A DNA stretch of 64,000 nt from Botryllus schlosseri (taxonomy: Eukaryota), in NCBI GenBank assembly GCA_051294905.1, contig CM119371.1, positions 19,842,001 through 19,906,000 on the forward strand, written 5' to 3'. Shown in pieces: positions 62,712-64,000 of this stretch (the first letter of the stretch is position 1; each line of letters begins with the position of its first letter). The notes under the pieces are model-generated. The model had not been told where the DNA came from. It did no database searches and saw only the letters and a list, made by a program, of their open reading frames with translations. Both the position numbers and the translations under genes were made by a program.

Positions 62712-64000
62712 GTCAAGATCGTCTCTACAAGCGTTATAAAATATTTAGGCGTGGTATTGAATTCGGAAATCAGGTATTCACAATTTCAAGCTGTCTACAG
62801 GCGATGACGATGGTTTAGTTGGAGAGCAAGTCTATCAATGTGACTAGAATTACGTTAACGACTTAACAGTGTATAATTCCAAAGCAACAATCAGCATAAA
62901 TACATCGAACCGAAATAATGAAATTGATACTAGCCAATAACACTAGTACTACTATCAATTTTTTTTTATTGGATTTGGTGTGTGAAACAAGGAACCTGCT
63001 ACTAAGTAGAGGTGAATTGACGCAAGAACCGCTCCTCGCAAGAACCCCGTAACACATTCCCGATTGAATATAAGTATTGTCCACAGTTCGTTAACGTAAC
63101 AATCAGTAGCTTCTGTACTACGCTGGTTTTGTTTTCCCAATAGACAAGACGATCTCAATATCATTGTAAGCTCTTGATCGTCTTATCATCGTGATTGTTC
63201 GGGCATTCCTTCTGAAATTGGTTTGGGGAAAAACTGCATCGACCATTTACTCCACTGGTTCTCAACCAGGGGTCCACGAAGCATACCAAAGGGTTCGCGA
63301 AGCCTCTAAATTTGCAAAATGATTGATAACCGTATTTTTATTTTATTTTCAAAATCGAGAAATTACAAGGTAATTACGTTTCATTACTGCTTTATGGCTA
63401 ATTCCATTATAATTTAACAGGGGCTGTAATGCATACCCTCAGAATTGTCCAATATTTACAAATGTTATTCTTTTTGGAATTCCAAGTTTATTAAAAAAAA
63501 AAAAAAATTGAAAAATGTTCAGCGGTTCAAAAGATATTGCGATTTAAAATCCTCTCGTCACTAGGTGGCGCTACTTTCAAAAATCTTTGAAATCGATATT
63601 TTTCGCTCAAATGATGGTAGAGAACCAATCAAAATGTCCATTTAACCAATTCTGGGGCCAAGGAATTCAATAAAACCAACTGTTTCGCCCTAAACTCAAT
63701 GAAAAAAAAGTTACGGATGAAAAAAAAAATGGGGGGGACGGGCTTGAAAATGTCTGTAGGATACGGCCTACACAAAAAAAAATTCTTGTGAAATGTGCTT
63801 TTAAGGAGTATGGTTGACAAAAAGCTTGATTTTAAATTTCCCAATTATTCCACCGTGAAATATGCATTATATAAAAATTTCATGGTCCCAACCCATATCC
63901 CTGCTCACCGTAAATACTATGATCACCAGTCAGTTATATGAATAAATTTATTGAATTAGGTTTTCTAAATTTTTCAAGTAGAATCCGTGCAGAACCACCG

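Noticed and set aside
62863..62970. KKKLIVVLVLLASINFIISVRCIYADCC as exon 1 of gene 4
   Set aside because: No suitable ATG, wrong Cys spacing, no CG-gt donor, ends in a stop

Overview
Eukaryotic (invertebrate metazoan; an ascidian is a low-confidence guess), intron- and transposon-rich window. The host content is a minus-strand tandem cluster of four paralogous three-exon genes that the ORF track shows only in fragments. They encode small secreted single insulin/IGF-binding (IB, IGFBP N-terminal) domain proteins with a conserved two-cysteine C-terminal tail. Three genes are complete (CDS spans 8090-6870, 17616-12796, 25478-22175); the fourth has exons 2-3 at 61561-59976 and no exon 1 in the window. 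Genes 3 and 4 are separated by about 34 kb, largely transposons. This gap holds a young CsRn1-type Gypsy (33518-43439, identical LTRs, tRNA-Trp PBS) with a second Gypsy nested in its gag (34136-38281) and a hAT non-autonomous element in its integrase, plus a decayed Bel/Pao element. The nested Gypsy has no tRNA PBS; a perfect 16-nt complement of its own LTR sits there instead, suggesting Tf1-like self-priming, and its RT motif is YLDN. Many hAT-type MITEs with 8-bp TSDs, LINE fragments and tRNA-like SINE heads fill the rest. Gene models and family calls come from manual reading and motif recognition; no database search was run.
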